Source of the DNA: Octopus vulgaris
Lineage: Eukaryota
Assembly (NCBI GenBank): GCA_951406725.2
Contig: OX597829.1
Span: 17,546,001 to 17,610,000 of the forward strand
Direction of reading: 5' to 3'
Length of the DNA: 64,000 nt
Shown: positions 1-14,063 of the stretch, in pieces
How positions within the stretch are numbered: position 1 is the first letter of the stretch
Layout of the letters: each line of letters opens with the position of its first letter
Made by a program: the position numbers and the translations under genes
The notes under the pieces: model-generated
What the model saw: the letters and a program-made list of their open reading frames with translations, nothing else
Databases searched by the model: none
What the model was told of the DNA's origin: nothing

Positions 1-289
1 CTAATAACCATCCTTGTAAGGTCATAGCAGCTATGAGTGGACTATGTAGCACTGAGAAGGCGAAATAACACTGAAACCGATTTCCGGAAGTGTTATCATA
101 GCAACCAATTTAGATTTGCACCTACCTCACTCTCTTCTGTATTTCCATCTTGAGAGAAATTTTTCAATAACCCAAATTACGATTGTAATCCCAGCTGATT
201 AAAAATTATTTACAACTCATTAAATATCTAGGACTGCATTTAATATTATGTTCTACATAAAGGAGGCAACTTCCTGAATCTTATAATTA

Positions 290-325
290 TCATTATCATC
301 ATCATCATCATCATCATCATCTGCG

Positions 326-378
<53 letters not shown>

Positions 379-514
379 GTCGTCGTCATAATCATCATCA
401 TCATCGTCTTCGTCATCATCATCATCATCATCATCATCATCGTTGTCGTCATCATCATCATCTACATCATCATCATCATCATCATCATCATTATCATCAT
501 CATCATCATCATCA

Positions 515-582
<68 letters not shown>
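290..582. repeat. (CAT)n/(TAT)n microsatellite
   Basis: Read directly from the sequence. Confidence 0.95.
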
Positions 583-860
583 GCCTTTGCAGAGCTTCTA
601 ACGCTGGAGATGTACTAAGGTAACACCTCTTATTTTTCGAGCACCTTCCAGAGTATTCGAGCGGTTCCAAGCAATGTCGTCTTCTGCAAGTGCTCCACTC
701 TTATTGCAGTCCCTATTTGATCCACGTACTTCTCGAGATTTTTCCTCACTGTTCCCAGGGCTCCGACAAATATTGGTACTACTGCTACCTTTTTCATGTC
801 CCATCCTCTCTATAAATCATAACATTTCTGTTATGGTTCCTGTTGGAATTCACTCAAAAT
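583..860 (-). mobile_element. R4/Dong-like RLE retrotransposon 3' fragment (family with ...agaagctctgcaaaggc 3' end)
   Basis: Minus strand encodes VVPIFVGALGT and ALLGTARILWKVL, typical RLE C-terminal motifs. The 3' end runs into (AAT)n. A similar tip occurs at ~16371. Confidence 0.7.
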
Positions 861-861
861 A

Positions 862-1183
862 GTCGTGAATAAGGTTTGTTTAAGGATTATGAATGAAACA
901 CCCATGTTTCCGGTGGTGAATTATTCAGACGTCAAAGGATTCCTTGCAACTCATGGTTCTGATGCTCCCCCACTACTACTTCTTGTGATCAGTTATGCAC
1001 ATATCGTCAGTCACTAAGGGACATGCTCAACTAGTGAAGGTCAAGCAACTGACAAGCACGTGTGTCGTATTGAGCAGAATATTTGCTGTAGCCCATCTTT
1101 TACACCAAGACAAAATATGTACATGATGACACTTCCAATCAGTTAACATCTGAAGCCATGAGAGCCACTGCCTTGTACTACAT
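862..1183 (-). mobile_element. Non-coding retroposon family D, partial copy
   Basis: Aligns by eye with 8100-8418 and with the reverse complement of 53885-54205. Confidence 0.8.
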
Positions 1184-1189
1184 TTCTTG

Positions 1190-2250
1190 AACTAGGCATG
1201 CCATGGCTAATGATCCGCAGACATGCGCTCAGGTTGTGATATCTCCAGCGTTTCCTTAAGGGTGAGCAGGTTTTGTCGCCGTTCGTCAAACGGGACTCCG
1301 CAGTTCGTCTCATCGATGGAGCAACAATCTTGGGTCAAGCATAGACCAAGAAAGGACGCTTGGTACCTGGAGTGTCGGGCAACGCAGTCGGTAGAAGTTC
1401 CACCATGGAATTCTATAGAGGATTAGTAGAGGGAAAGAACGACGATGTACTCGGGGAAACTTTGGGTGTCGAGAGGGATTAACTTATTGGTCTTTTCCGA
1501 AGGACTTTCGAGCCAGGATCTATGGATAACTTCCAGAAATCCCTGGCCTGACAGTGCTACTGAAGATCTCTGCCGATTCGAGAGACAAGCTCTACAGACA
1601 CGGAAGTGCTGTCAGACGGATCTGTTCAAGGTGTGCACAGAGCGATGAAACTGTCCTGCATGCACTCGTCCAGTGTCCGTGCATTGCTGATCTGTGGAAC
1701 ATTGCCGAACAGTTGTCACATGTAGTACGGATCCGTTTATCAGCTGAGTCCATTGTGAGGATCGCCCGGTCGCCTTCTTTTGGCCGTGAAGAAAAGGTAG
1801 CGAAAGAGGTAGTGTGGTGAACGAGGATGGAAGGACTGAAGACAGACACTATCCTCTTCGGCCGAACCCTCATTGACTTTTACAAGTTCTACTTGAAAAG
1901 GAAAGTGAGGGTAGAGAGGGAAGTACTTCCTCCAGGAACTTTGTTGAAAGATGGATGGATGTTGCGAAAATGGCTCGTGTGAGTATTCGTCTCTAAGTCG
2001 GAGCTGCTAAAGGAAAGAAGGGTGCCTACTTGGCATGCTTTTGGCAGTTGGAGTGACCAGCATGTATAGGGTTCCCTGAATGGCCCTGGATGGAACTCCC
2101 TCATATTGGAGAATATTTTTGTTTCATTTTTTGTTAAATGCTTTTGTTTTTATTTAGACGTTTTCTTTTTTAAACCCCACTTCTCCCATGTTTTGTATTG
2201 TCTCTATATGTTTTTGTATTCGGCCCTTGTGGCCAATAAAGAAAAGATTA
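1190..2250 (+). mobile_element. Tx1/L1-clade LINE 3' fragment (decayed ORF2 C-terminus plus 3' UTR)
   Basis: Zinc knuckle CSRCAQSDETVLHALVQC and VAKEVVW motif. Homologous to 31400-32603. Ends ggcccttgtggccaataaagaaaag. Confidence 0.75.
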
Positions 2251-2291
2251 TCATTGTTACCAGTATTATTATTTGTCAGTATGTGTGTATA

Positions 2292-2337
<46 letters not shown>

Positions 2338-2759
2338 TGTGTGTGCCTGTCTGTCTGTCTGTGTCCGTGTTAATGTGCCAGACATTGTAAGAAAGGAAAA
2401 TTTTTCTTTCCGATTCACTATTTCAGGACCTAGATATAGATGTTAATCGGTACATTTTGTCGACCTTTTTGAAATATTACTCCGAGATGATGGTTCTGTC
2501 AAGATTCAAGAAAATTTAATGGATAAGTTTATTTGATAAACATCAGAAAATGGTAGGGGAATAAAATATTTATTCGCAGCTTCGATTTGGAAAATTGCTT
2601 TGGTGCTTCAACACGTTGAAACCATAACTGCTGATGCTGTTTGTCTTATAGAATCTATTCATTGTCACACGGATCTTTTGTTGCGAGAAGGAAGCTTGTG
2701 TTCCCAGAGTTTACCGAATTTTATAAAACTTTGTAGTACAAAACCAATATTCTTTTCTA

Positions 2760-3290
2760 CTCTAGCACCAAGGCCCGAGACCAGTATGCAACTGGTACTT
2801 ATTTTATCGACCCCTAATGGATGAAACGCAAAGTCGATCTCGCCGGAATTTGAACTCAGGATGTAAAGACAGATGAAATACCTATTTCTTTACTACCCAC
2901 AAGGGGCTAAACAGAGAGGACAAACAAGGACAGACAAAGGGATTAAGTCGATCATATCGACCCCAGTGTGTAACTGGTACTTATTTAATTGACCCCGAAA
3001 GGATGAAAGGCAAAGTCGACCTCTGCGGAATTTGAACTCAGAACGTAGCGGCAGACGAAATACCTATTTCTTTACTACCCACAAGGGGTTACATACTGAG
3101 GGGACAAACAGACAAACAGATTAAGTCGATTATATCGACCCCAGTGCGTAACTGGTTCTTATTTAATCGACCCCGAATGAATGGAAGGCAAAGTCAACCT
3201 TGGCGGAATTTTTTACTCAGAACGTAACGGCAGACGAAATACAACTAAGCATTTCGCCCGGCATGCTAAGGTTTCTGCCAGCTCGCCGCC
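2760..3290 (-). mobile_element. SINE-A tandem trimer (one head, three bodies)
   Basis: Head gctcgccgcc at 3281-3290. Body/tail junctions gaaatacctatttc at ~2882 and ~3063. Confidence 0.85.
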
Positions 3291-3719
3291 TTTAGTACGG
3301 TACAAATATTGAACAACTATTTAATGTTGAAGAATTAGTTTTTCTTAACGTTTGGATCGTTTTGTAGCTAAATTTTAAAAAATGATTCTAAACTGGTGAT
3401 CGACAAGCGCAGATGGTGGCCAACGACGGTACTCGCACTTAGGTCTCATACCGATACTGTAATAGCTATATATTTGATTGACGATGAGAGAAGTTCCAGA
3501 TGCTTTGCGCTCCATCTCCTACGTATACAATAAATTGCTCATATTCCCATTTTTTTATCCTTAATCTGACATCTAAAATAAACAAGAATAAAAATTGGAC
3601 AGAAAACTATTTGCATAAGGCAAGCAGAAAGGAAAATTTCGTTTCAAAATGATATATATCATGAGTATAATTAAATAAACGTTTATTCCAAAGCAGGCAT
3701 CAAAGTTTAAATAAATATA

Positions 3720-3891
3720 ACCCCAGTGTGTGTATGTGTGTGTGTATGTGTGTATGTGTGTGTGTGTGTGTGTATGTAGTGATGCAGGTATTTATCCATC
3801 TACTATATCTATCTGTCTATCTTTCTATCTAACTGCTTGTTTGTCTGTGTAGCTATCTGTCTATATATACCTACATACATACATGCATGCA

Positions 3892-3964
<73 letters not shown>

Positions 3965-4045
3965 TATATACATACATATAGATATATACATACATATACA
4001 TATATACATAGATGCATATATATATGTGTATATATATATAGGTGT

Positions 4046-4097
<52 letters not shown>

Positions 4098-4356
4098 CAC
4101 TACCCAAAAACACGCATATATGTAATATCTATATATTATCATATGTGTAATTGTGTGTGTCTAGAGATGCATGGATGCATGTACGTATAGGTGGATAAAT
4201 AAATGTATATAAACATAAATTAGTGTATACGCTGTACATACACGTGCGTAGATATATTTGCATCAGAAATCTAATGTAGTTGAATTCATAAGTATTATGT
4301 ATCCTGGTGAGTGTGTGGACGGATTCTTTTCGTTTCATATATGTGTTTTTGCATAC

Positions 4357-4425
<69 letters not shown>

Positions 4426-4621
4426 CGCGCGTGTATGTGTGTGTACGTGTGTGTTTGTAAATATATACACACATGCATTCAAATATTCATCTGATATCGT
4501 TTGCTGTACTGCATGCTTCATGAAAATTAGACAAATGGGTGCGGGAGAGTTGTTACTTCGCACATACACACACGAGTTATACACATACACGCACAAACAT
4601 ATGTGCACATACTGATGCGTG

Positions 4622-4670
<49 letters not shown>

Positions 4671-4745
4671 TCATATTTTCATCCAGTCACACTTTATGCT
4701 TACAGTATTTATTATCTGTTTCTAACTGTTATGCGATGTTCTCTA

Positions 4746-4832
<87 letters not shown>

Positions 4833-4834
4833 TC

Positions 4835-4887
<53 letters not shown>
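3720..4887. repeat. Compound microsatellites (TG)n, (TACA)n, (TA)n, (TTA)n
   Basis: Read directly; these explain the low-complexity ORFs here. Confidence 0.9.
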
Positions 4888-4890
<3 letters not shown>

Positions 4891-5878
4891 TAGTTTTATT
4901 TTTATTTTTATAGCGTGCTTTCACTTCACTACCGAGCGCAGCTCTGTGTGCCTTGGGTATGTGCTGTGATTTGTTGTGATGCTCTGATGGTTATTGTATG
5001 GAAAGTGTTCTGCGTAGGATGTGGGCAGTGCCTAGTAGTGCAATTTTCTGTATGTTATATGTGTTTGTAAGTCCTGGTGTTTTTGTTATGTATTTGTCTG
5101 AATATTTTTTTATCATGCCTAATGCACCTACTATGATAGGAATTGTTTCTGTTTTCAGATTCCACATTCTAGTTACCTCTATTTCCAGGTCTTTGTATTT
5201 TGAGAGTTTCTCCATTTCTTTTAGAGACACGTTGTCATCTGCCGGTATTGATACATCAATTAAAAAGCATTTTTTTCTTCATGATCTCTGACAACTATAT
5301 CTGGTCTGTTGGCCTTAATTTCTCTATCTGTGTGTATCGGCATATCCCAGAGTATGGTTGCTTTCTCGTTTTCTGTGACCTTTTCTGGTGTGTGCCTATA
5401 CCATCTTTTTTCTGTTGTTATTCCATAATGTTGGCATAGCTTCCAATGTATGTAGGTTCCAACTCTGTCATGTCTGTGAATATATTCCTTCTTAGCCAGG
5501 ACTGGGCAGCTAGAGATAATATGATTTATTGTTTCTTGTCCATCTCCACATATTCTGCAGTTACTTGTAATATTTCTTTTCATTACATGTTTTTGGTAAT
5601 TTCTGGTGGGGAGGCTTTGGTCTTGTGCTGCAATTAAAAATCCCTCTGTCTCTGCTTTGAGTCCTGAGCTTCTCAACCATTGCTGGGATTTTTCTTTGTC
5701 TATTTCTTTTGCGTTTAGTTTAGTGCAGTATTTACCATGAAGGGGCTTTTCTTGCCATCGTTTTATCATGGTTCGTTGCTGTTCTGTTTTTAGTTTGGAT
5801 TTCATTTGTTTTATAGCTTTTGTTGTTTCTTCATCTTCTTCTTCTTCTTCATGTTTATTAGGTGGTTTATCATGTTTA
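4888..5878 (-). mobile_element. R4/Dong-like retrotransposon, 5'-truncated copy (CCHC + RLE + 3' UTR) flanked by (TAA)n on both sides
   Basis: ORFs 5260..6057 and 4991..5230 contain KPLHGKY, AAQDQ, CRICG..ETINHIISSC, RHD, RPDIVV, KYKDL and ALLGTAHILRR. Near-identical to 56260-57073. Confidence 0.92.
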
Positions 5879-5896
5879 TTATTATTATTATTATTA

Positions 5897-5931
<35 letters not shown>

Positions 5932-5950
5932 ATTATTATTATTATTATTA

Positions 5951-6014
<64 letters not shown>

Positions 6015-6904
6015 CATTATTATTATTATTATTATTATTATTGTAAAAAACAACCAATAATTTAATTACCGAAATTTGTCAGTCTACACACAGTTGAAAT
6101 GTGTAATATTTTAATTTTCATATTTATATTTATGGTGCTCTTTGAGTTATTTTACAGGTCTTCCCTAACTGGTCAGATTAGTGCGGATAATCTTCAGCTG
6201 ATACACACACCTTTGCGTCTGCATCTGGAGACAAAAAAAAAAAACGTTCGCAGGAATGAATTCACGGAAAACCGGCGTATTGATTGGTTACATTAGTAAT
6301 CGCGGTTAGTGTAAGAACTATGAGGTGAGACACAGTGTAGGTAACGAGATAGAGATGAGTCAATGCAGACATATGCATGAATACTGGTTTCAAATTTTAG
6401 CACCTGGCCAGCAATTTCGGGGAGGGGTGATATCTGGTACTTATTTTATCAACTGTGGTGGTGGTGGCGATGGTGCTGGTGAATGTGGCGGCGGTGGTGA
6501 TTGGATAGTGAAAGTGCATTTTGTAATTGAACTATTTTTTTTATATGAGTGAATATATATTTTATGAGTGCTGTGTTTTAAGTCTATAAAATTGAGCAAA
6601 AAAATCTATAATGTGTATATATATAAACTGCGTTAATTAATCACTGTATTCCAATTTCTTTCACTTTTCAATGAGTAGCAGATGAGCGACTGTCTTTTCA
6701 TACAAACACAACACAGACTACGCTTTCAGGTTTTTTGGCTAAAGTTTTCAGAAATAACCCAAAAGGTTTACCAGTAATTCCGTGAAATATTCACGGGTTC
6801 TGCTAGTATTAATGATTATGATCAGTAGTTGGAAAGTTTCAAAGGAGAGGAGCTATTGTTGTAGTCATAGGAACGAAACAAGTATTGCAGCTGCTGTTGA
6901 GCGG

Positions 6905-7280
6905 TTGCTGTTGTGCGAACGGTCTTCGTCCCAGAGCTCACAAGATGGGAGAAGTCCGAAACGTGGTCCTTTGCTATTCGTAAGACCCACAGAAGAGAAA
7001 GCAGGTCAACCCCCGACACCGAGAGCATCGACGGACGGATGAATGCGCATCCATGATCAGCGGTTGCTTAGGAAGTCGGGGACAAGAAACAGGAAGAAAG
7101 AGTGAGAGAAAGTTGGAGCGAAAGAGTACAACAGGGGTCGCCACCACCCCCTGCGAGAGCCTCGTTGAACATTAGGTGTTTTCGCTCAATAAACACACTC
7201 AACGCCCGGTCTGGGAATCGAAACCGCGATCCTCCGACCGCGAGTCTGCTGCCCTAACCACTGGGCCATTGCGCTTCCAC
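6905..7280 (-). mobile_element. SINE-C (tRNA-derived head), tail type a
   Basis: Reverse complement head has A-box tggcccagtggttagg and B-box ggtttcgattccc. Shared central domain. Tail matches 39783-39942. Confidence 0.85.
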
Positions 7281-7869
7281 TGTTGTTGCAGCTCATCTGC
7301 TGCATGGGAGTTGAAATGAGTTGGTGACTTGGCTCTTCCCAGTTCATCTTTAATCATTTTCTTTCGTATGCAATTAAGAACGGTATTTTTTGTGCGCATC
7401 TATTGTAATAGCCCTAGATGCTGTATCACATTATCCCTTAGTATATTTTCATTTGACCTGCCATACCCAAAATGCTGATGTAGACCCAAAAATGTGCTGG
7501 TTCGTTTCTGATACAGCAAGACGAGGGATTTGGTAAAATCGTTAGAATCGGACACAATATTTTGTTGAGGACATATTTGATTTTTCGGCATTTCAGCATC
7601 AATAATTTTCAAGGCAAATCTCTCCCCGCCTCTCTCTCTCGCTGTCTCCCTTTCGCTCTCTCCTCCTCTTTATTTTCTTTCTTTCTTTTTCTCCTTCTGT
7701 GAATCATATACATCGAATGATGAAAAGAGGTCCCGCCAATTTTTTCAACAATACTCTGTAGGCTTGTTAAGAAAAAAGAAAAAAACATCGCTGCAATATG
7801 AACGTTGATACATTGTTCACTCCGGAGCTGAGAATAATTACCTCGTATAATAATAATAATTATCATTAT

Positions 7870-8539
<670 letters not shown>

Positions 8540-8941
8540 TGTAGTAGTAGTAGTTTTTGTTATTGTCGTTGTTACCTTCCTGGTGAAGCAGACATATGAA
8601 AATTATTTCACGGATTAAATTAGCTTGTGCGGTCTTGCATTTTTTAGAATACTAGGACGTAATTCGAATGAGATTTGATTACTATTTTTAGGAGTTCCAG
8701 TCTAGGAATCCCATATTGGATGCGTTTTTTGGCACTTTGTAATGTTCTTGATAAAAGTATTACTACTTACAGGTATAACAGTGTGGAAATAACGAGTATT
8801 TTTGTTTTTGTTTTTTAGGAATGAAGAGGAGAAAAAAGAGGCGGTGGAGGAAGCGTGGTTGTGAAAGAGGAAGAAGAAGTGGTGGTGGTGGTGGAGGAAA
8901 TGGGAGGAAGAGAGAGAGAGGTGTGGGCAGTTATAAATTCT

Positions 8942-9172
8942 TATTTCTTTACTACCCACAAAGGGCTAAATACAGAGACGACAAACAAGAACAGACAAAC
9001 GGATTAAGTCAATTATATCAACCCCAGTGCGTAACTGGTACTTATTTAATCGACCCAGAAAGGATGAAAGGCAAAGTCTACCTCGGCGGAATTTGAACTC
9101 AACCTAACGGCAGACGAAATACAGCTACGCATTTCGCCCGGCGTGCTAACGTTTCTGCCAGCTCGCCGCCTT
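8942..9172 (-). mobile_element. SINE-A with 15-bp TSD
   Basis: TSD gcagttat(a/g)aattct at 8927-8941 and 9173-9187. Confidence 0.9.
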
Positions 9173-9925
9173 GCAGTTATGAATTCTGTTTCCCACAAGA
9201 TTAAAATTAGTCACAGTTACGCTAACGATTCAACATCCTTCCCGACAGGGTAGAAATAGCAACAACATTTCATGCAAATCATATACCTATCATCTTAAAA
9301 GGGGTAAAAAAAAAAAAAAGGAACTAGATCACATAGGATATTGTTGCGCTTGAGAAACTCCTACTCAATAAGAAACGGGTCAGTCACGGCTGGAAACCCT
9401 GTGATTATAGTTATATCCTCAATAAGAGTTAACCTGAGGTTTTGACAACGTCAGCTACTACCTACGACAGAGCAACCCCTTATCCAGGATAAAGTTTATT
9501 TCACATCTGTGGAACGCTACGGAAACAGGATATTAGTTACCAGTTCTCAGGATCATTGCGATTTGAAAAATTACAAACTTTCACCGTATATTTATTTATT
9601 TATTTTATTTTTATTATCATTAATTGATCTTTGCACTTCTGTAAGCCGTTTCAAGTAAACTTTCTGCACATCTGGTGGTAATTTATAATAAAAATCTACA
9701 TCTGTGTAACTTTCTTGCATGGCAATGATTCGAATAAATGTATATGCCAAATAATTATTGACAGGAAAATTTCTTTGGCTATCTTTTGTTGCGGTTGCGG
9801 CTGCTGATGTTGTCGGTGTTGTTGTTGTTGTTGTTGATGATAATGATGATGGTGATGGTGATGATGATGCTGATGATGCTGACGATGATGATGATGACGA
9901 TGTTGTTTCTTTGTGATGGTATTGA

Positions 9926-10158
9926 CGCAGGAGTGGCTGTGTGGTAAGTAGCTTGCTTACCAACCACATGGTTCCGGGTTCAGTCCTACTGCGTGGCACC
10001 TTGGGCGCAGAAGTGGTACCATGGCCAATGAGGTAAATCCGAGGCGTGGTTATTGCTAGTTGAAAACCTTGGGCAAGTGTCTCCTACTATAGCCTCGGGC
10101 CGACCAAAACCTTGTGAGTGGATTTGGTAGACGGAAACTGAAAAAAAAGCCCGTCGTA

Positions 10159-10242
<84 letters not shown>

Positions 10243-10465
10243 TGTGTTTATGTTTGTGTATCTGTGTTTGTCCCTCCAACATCACCTGACAACCGATGCT
10301 GGTGTGTTTACGTCCCATAACTTAGCGTTTCGGAAAAAGAGATCAATACAATAAATCGAGGCTTATAAAGAATAAGTTCTGGGGTCGATTTGCTCGACTA
10401 AAGGCAGTCTCCAGCATGGCCACAGTCAAATGACTGGAACGAGTAAAAGAGTAAACGAGTAAAAG
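9926..10465 (+). mobile_element. SINE-B (tRNA-derived head, internal (TA)n(TG)n, tail ...gactgaaacaagtaaaagag)
   Basis: A-box tggctgtgtggtaag and B-box gggttcagtcc. At least 7 other copies in the window. Confidence 0.9.
10005..10067 (+). pseudogene. U4: U4 snRNA tailless retropseudogene (5' ~60 nt) inserted in SINE-B
   Basis: gcgcagaagtggtaccatggccaatgaggtaaatccgaggcgtggttattgctagttgaaaac matches the metazoan U4 5' domain (GCGCAGTGGCAGTATCGTAGCCAATGAGGTTTATCCGAGGCGCGATTATTGCTAATTGAAAAC, recalled). K-turn stem-loop pairing is conserved. 9-bp TSD accttgggc at 9998-10006 and 10066-10074. Confidence 0.88.
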
Positions 10466-10749
10466 GGTATGATTGATGCTACTTTTATATTTGTTTTATA
10501 GGAAGGAATGTGCTCACGACCTCTTTAGAGCCACCGGGTTGAGTGAGAAAGAAGGTTTGGGTTATGTTCCTTAATGCGACAGTTACATAAAAAAATATAT
10601 TGGAAAGAAAGGCTTCCGCAAACCCAAGGTTTTAGGGTATGGTAATTTATGTGGAACCTGGTGTATGGGCGGCATGTGGCTGAAAAGAATTGGACAAACT
10701 CAAGGTAGACGAGATTAGTCAACAGCTCAAGAAGCGCGGCTACTGCAAT

Positions 10750-11056
10750 GTTGATGTTTGTTCCTTCTCGAGCCACGTCTGGCTCATAAGGGCCGGTTTC
10801 CCGGTTTCCTTGGCGTATAGGTACCCCACCTGGACGGGACGCCGATCCGTCGCAGGTGAGCTTCAAGATGCAGGAGAAAAGAGTGAGAGAAATTTGAGGC
10901 GAAAGAGTCAACAGAAATTCGCCATTACCTTCTGCCGGAGCCGCGTGGAGCTTAGGTGTTTCGCTCATAAACACAGACATCGCCCAGTCTAAGATTCGAA
11001 CCAGTGATCCTTCGACAGTGAGTCCGCTGCTCTAACCACTAGGACATGTGCCTCCA
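10750..11056 (-). mobile_element. SINE-C, tail type b, with 15-bp TSD
   Basis: TSD cgcggctac(t/a)gcaat at 10735-10749 and 11057-11071. Reverse complement of 21300-21600. Confidence 0.9.
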
Positions 11057-11119
11057 CGCGGCTACAGCAATAGTGATAGAAAAGCAAAAAATCAAGTAGA
11101 AATGTATCTTTCTGGACCT

Positions 11120-11676
11120 GAGTTTCGAATCTGCTTGCAATCGGCTTCATGGTAATCAGTTGCGAAGCCTTTGGGGGATTCGTTACAGGACGTCAGTATA
11201 TTTAGCAGGTACGCTTAAGACAGAGGTGATCTTTCGATCACCTCTGTCTACGCCGCATCCTTCGTGTCCAATGGCATCACTTTGTCTCCAACAATTCGGT
11301 GCGACACCAGTGCAGAATCACCTCCCTCCGACAAGTCATCCTAAAGATACGTCTGCGTTGGCTGGGTCATGCCCTCCGTCGTCAACTAGGAGAATTCATC
11401 TACGAAGCAATTTCCCCAGCTCCCCTTCATGCTTGGCGAAAGCGATGTGGTGGACAACGAAAAACCTGGCTGATGACAGTCAAGGCTGATGGAATCCAAC
11501 CTAGGCTCTCATATCTACGGCGTTCACCGCTGGAATAAGGAGTCGTTGTAGATCACGCGGTCGTTAGCCTCAAATCGCCAGGCCTGGTCGGCGTTTGTGA
11601 GAGATGCAGCATTGAGGATGAATGAAGCCAGCTCAACCCACACCGGGTGAATGCTGTCTCAAGTCAAGTCAAGTTA
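11120..11676 (+). mobile_element. RTE-clade LINE 3' fragment
   Basis: RLRWLGHALRR...GGQRKTW motif. Ends ccgggtgaatgctgtc plus a (CAAGT)n tail. Confidence 0.75.
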
Positions 11677-12006
11677 GCAGCTACGTATTGTTTAATTTAG
11701 GAGCGGTATGTGACTCATTTGAGTCGTGTAAATGTTCAGTAGTTGTTGACATCATTAATAACAATTGTTTCTGATTTGTGGCATACGACCAGGACATTTG
11801 AGGAAAGGGGGGCCTAGTCATTGCCATTGAGACTAGTATCTGAATGGTACTTTATTTTATCCATCCTGAAAGAGGGATAAATTTCACATAACATGGAAAG
11901 CGTTAATTAATAACGAAAACTACTTCGTTCCAAGTCAGATCAGGGATCTCATCAAAGGCTGACCAAACCTGTTAGTGGTACCATGTAAACCACTGCTACA
12001 TGCCAG

Positions 12007-12235
12007 TGGAGGCGCGAGGCGTAGTGGTTAGAATATTGGATTCATGATCGTAAGACTGTGATTTTGATTCCTGAACCGGGCGAAGCGCTGTTCTTGAACA
12101 AAACACTTTATTTTGCGTTACTCCAGTCCACTTAGCTGGCAAAAAGGAGTGATGCCGTAACAGATTGGCGTCCCTTCCAGGAGGGGAATAAATACTTCAT
12201 GAAACTCGTGAAGGTGACTTTACTTTACTTTCTTT
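12007..12235 (+). mobile_element. Degenerate tRNA-derived SINE (C-related head)
   Basis: Head tggaggcgcgaggcgtagtggttag...ttttgattcctgaaccgggc and a (CTTTA)n tail. Confidence 0.55.
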
Positions 12236-12420
12236 TAGTTCTGCCTGTCCCATGTTCAGGTAGCCGGCGTCTAAACCGATTTCCCCAATTTCGTAGCTTG
12301 CTATTCTTGTAAGAATGGCATCTTGACACAAAAGTGCTGTGGAGACGTATGCTGCATGGCGATGACAACCACGACTTTGTTAGACGTTCTAACGTTTCTG
12401 TCAATCTACCGACTTATGAA

Positions 12421-13847
<1,427 letters not shown>

Positions 13848-13927
13848 GTGAGTGAGAAAGCAGTGCATGCCATCAAAGTGACACTGGAGTAAAATATACG
13901 AAGCCGAGTATACCCATCATGACCACC
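13848..13927 (-). mobile_element. Family D, 5'-truncated (3'-terminal ~80 bp)
   Basis: Matches 7870-7947. Confidence 0.8.
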
Positions 13928-14063
13928 TTATCAGAAATATCAGTGTTCTATTAATTCTCCTCATAGTAGTGTTAAATAAGTATAATTTTGTAACAAATAA
14001 AATGCTTTGAATGGTACAACAATGCACTATAATACAGACAATGGTCTGTGTATACCTGTTGTA

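Noticed and set aside
2380-2740. Possible Penelope or transposase coding relic
   Set aside because: The motifs are too degenerate to support a call.
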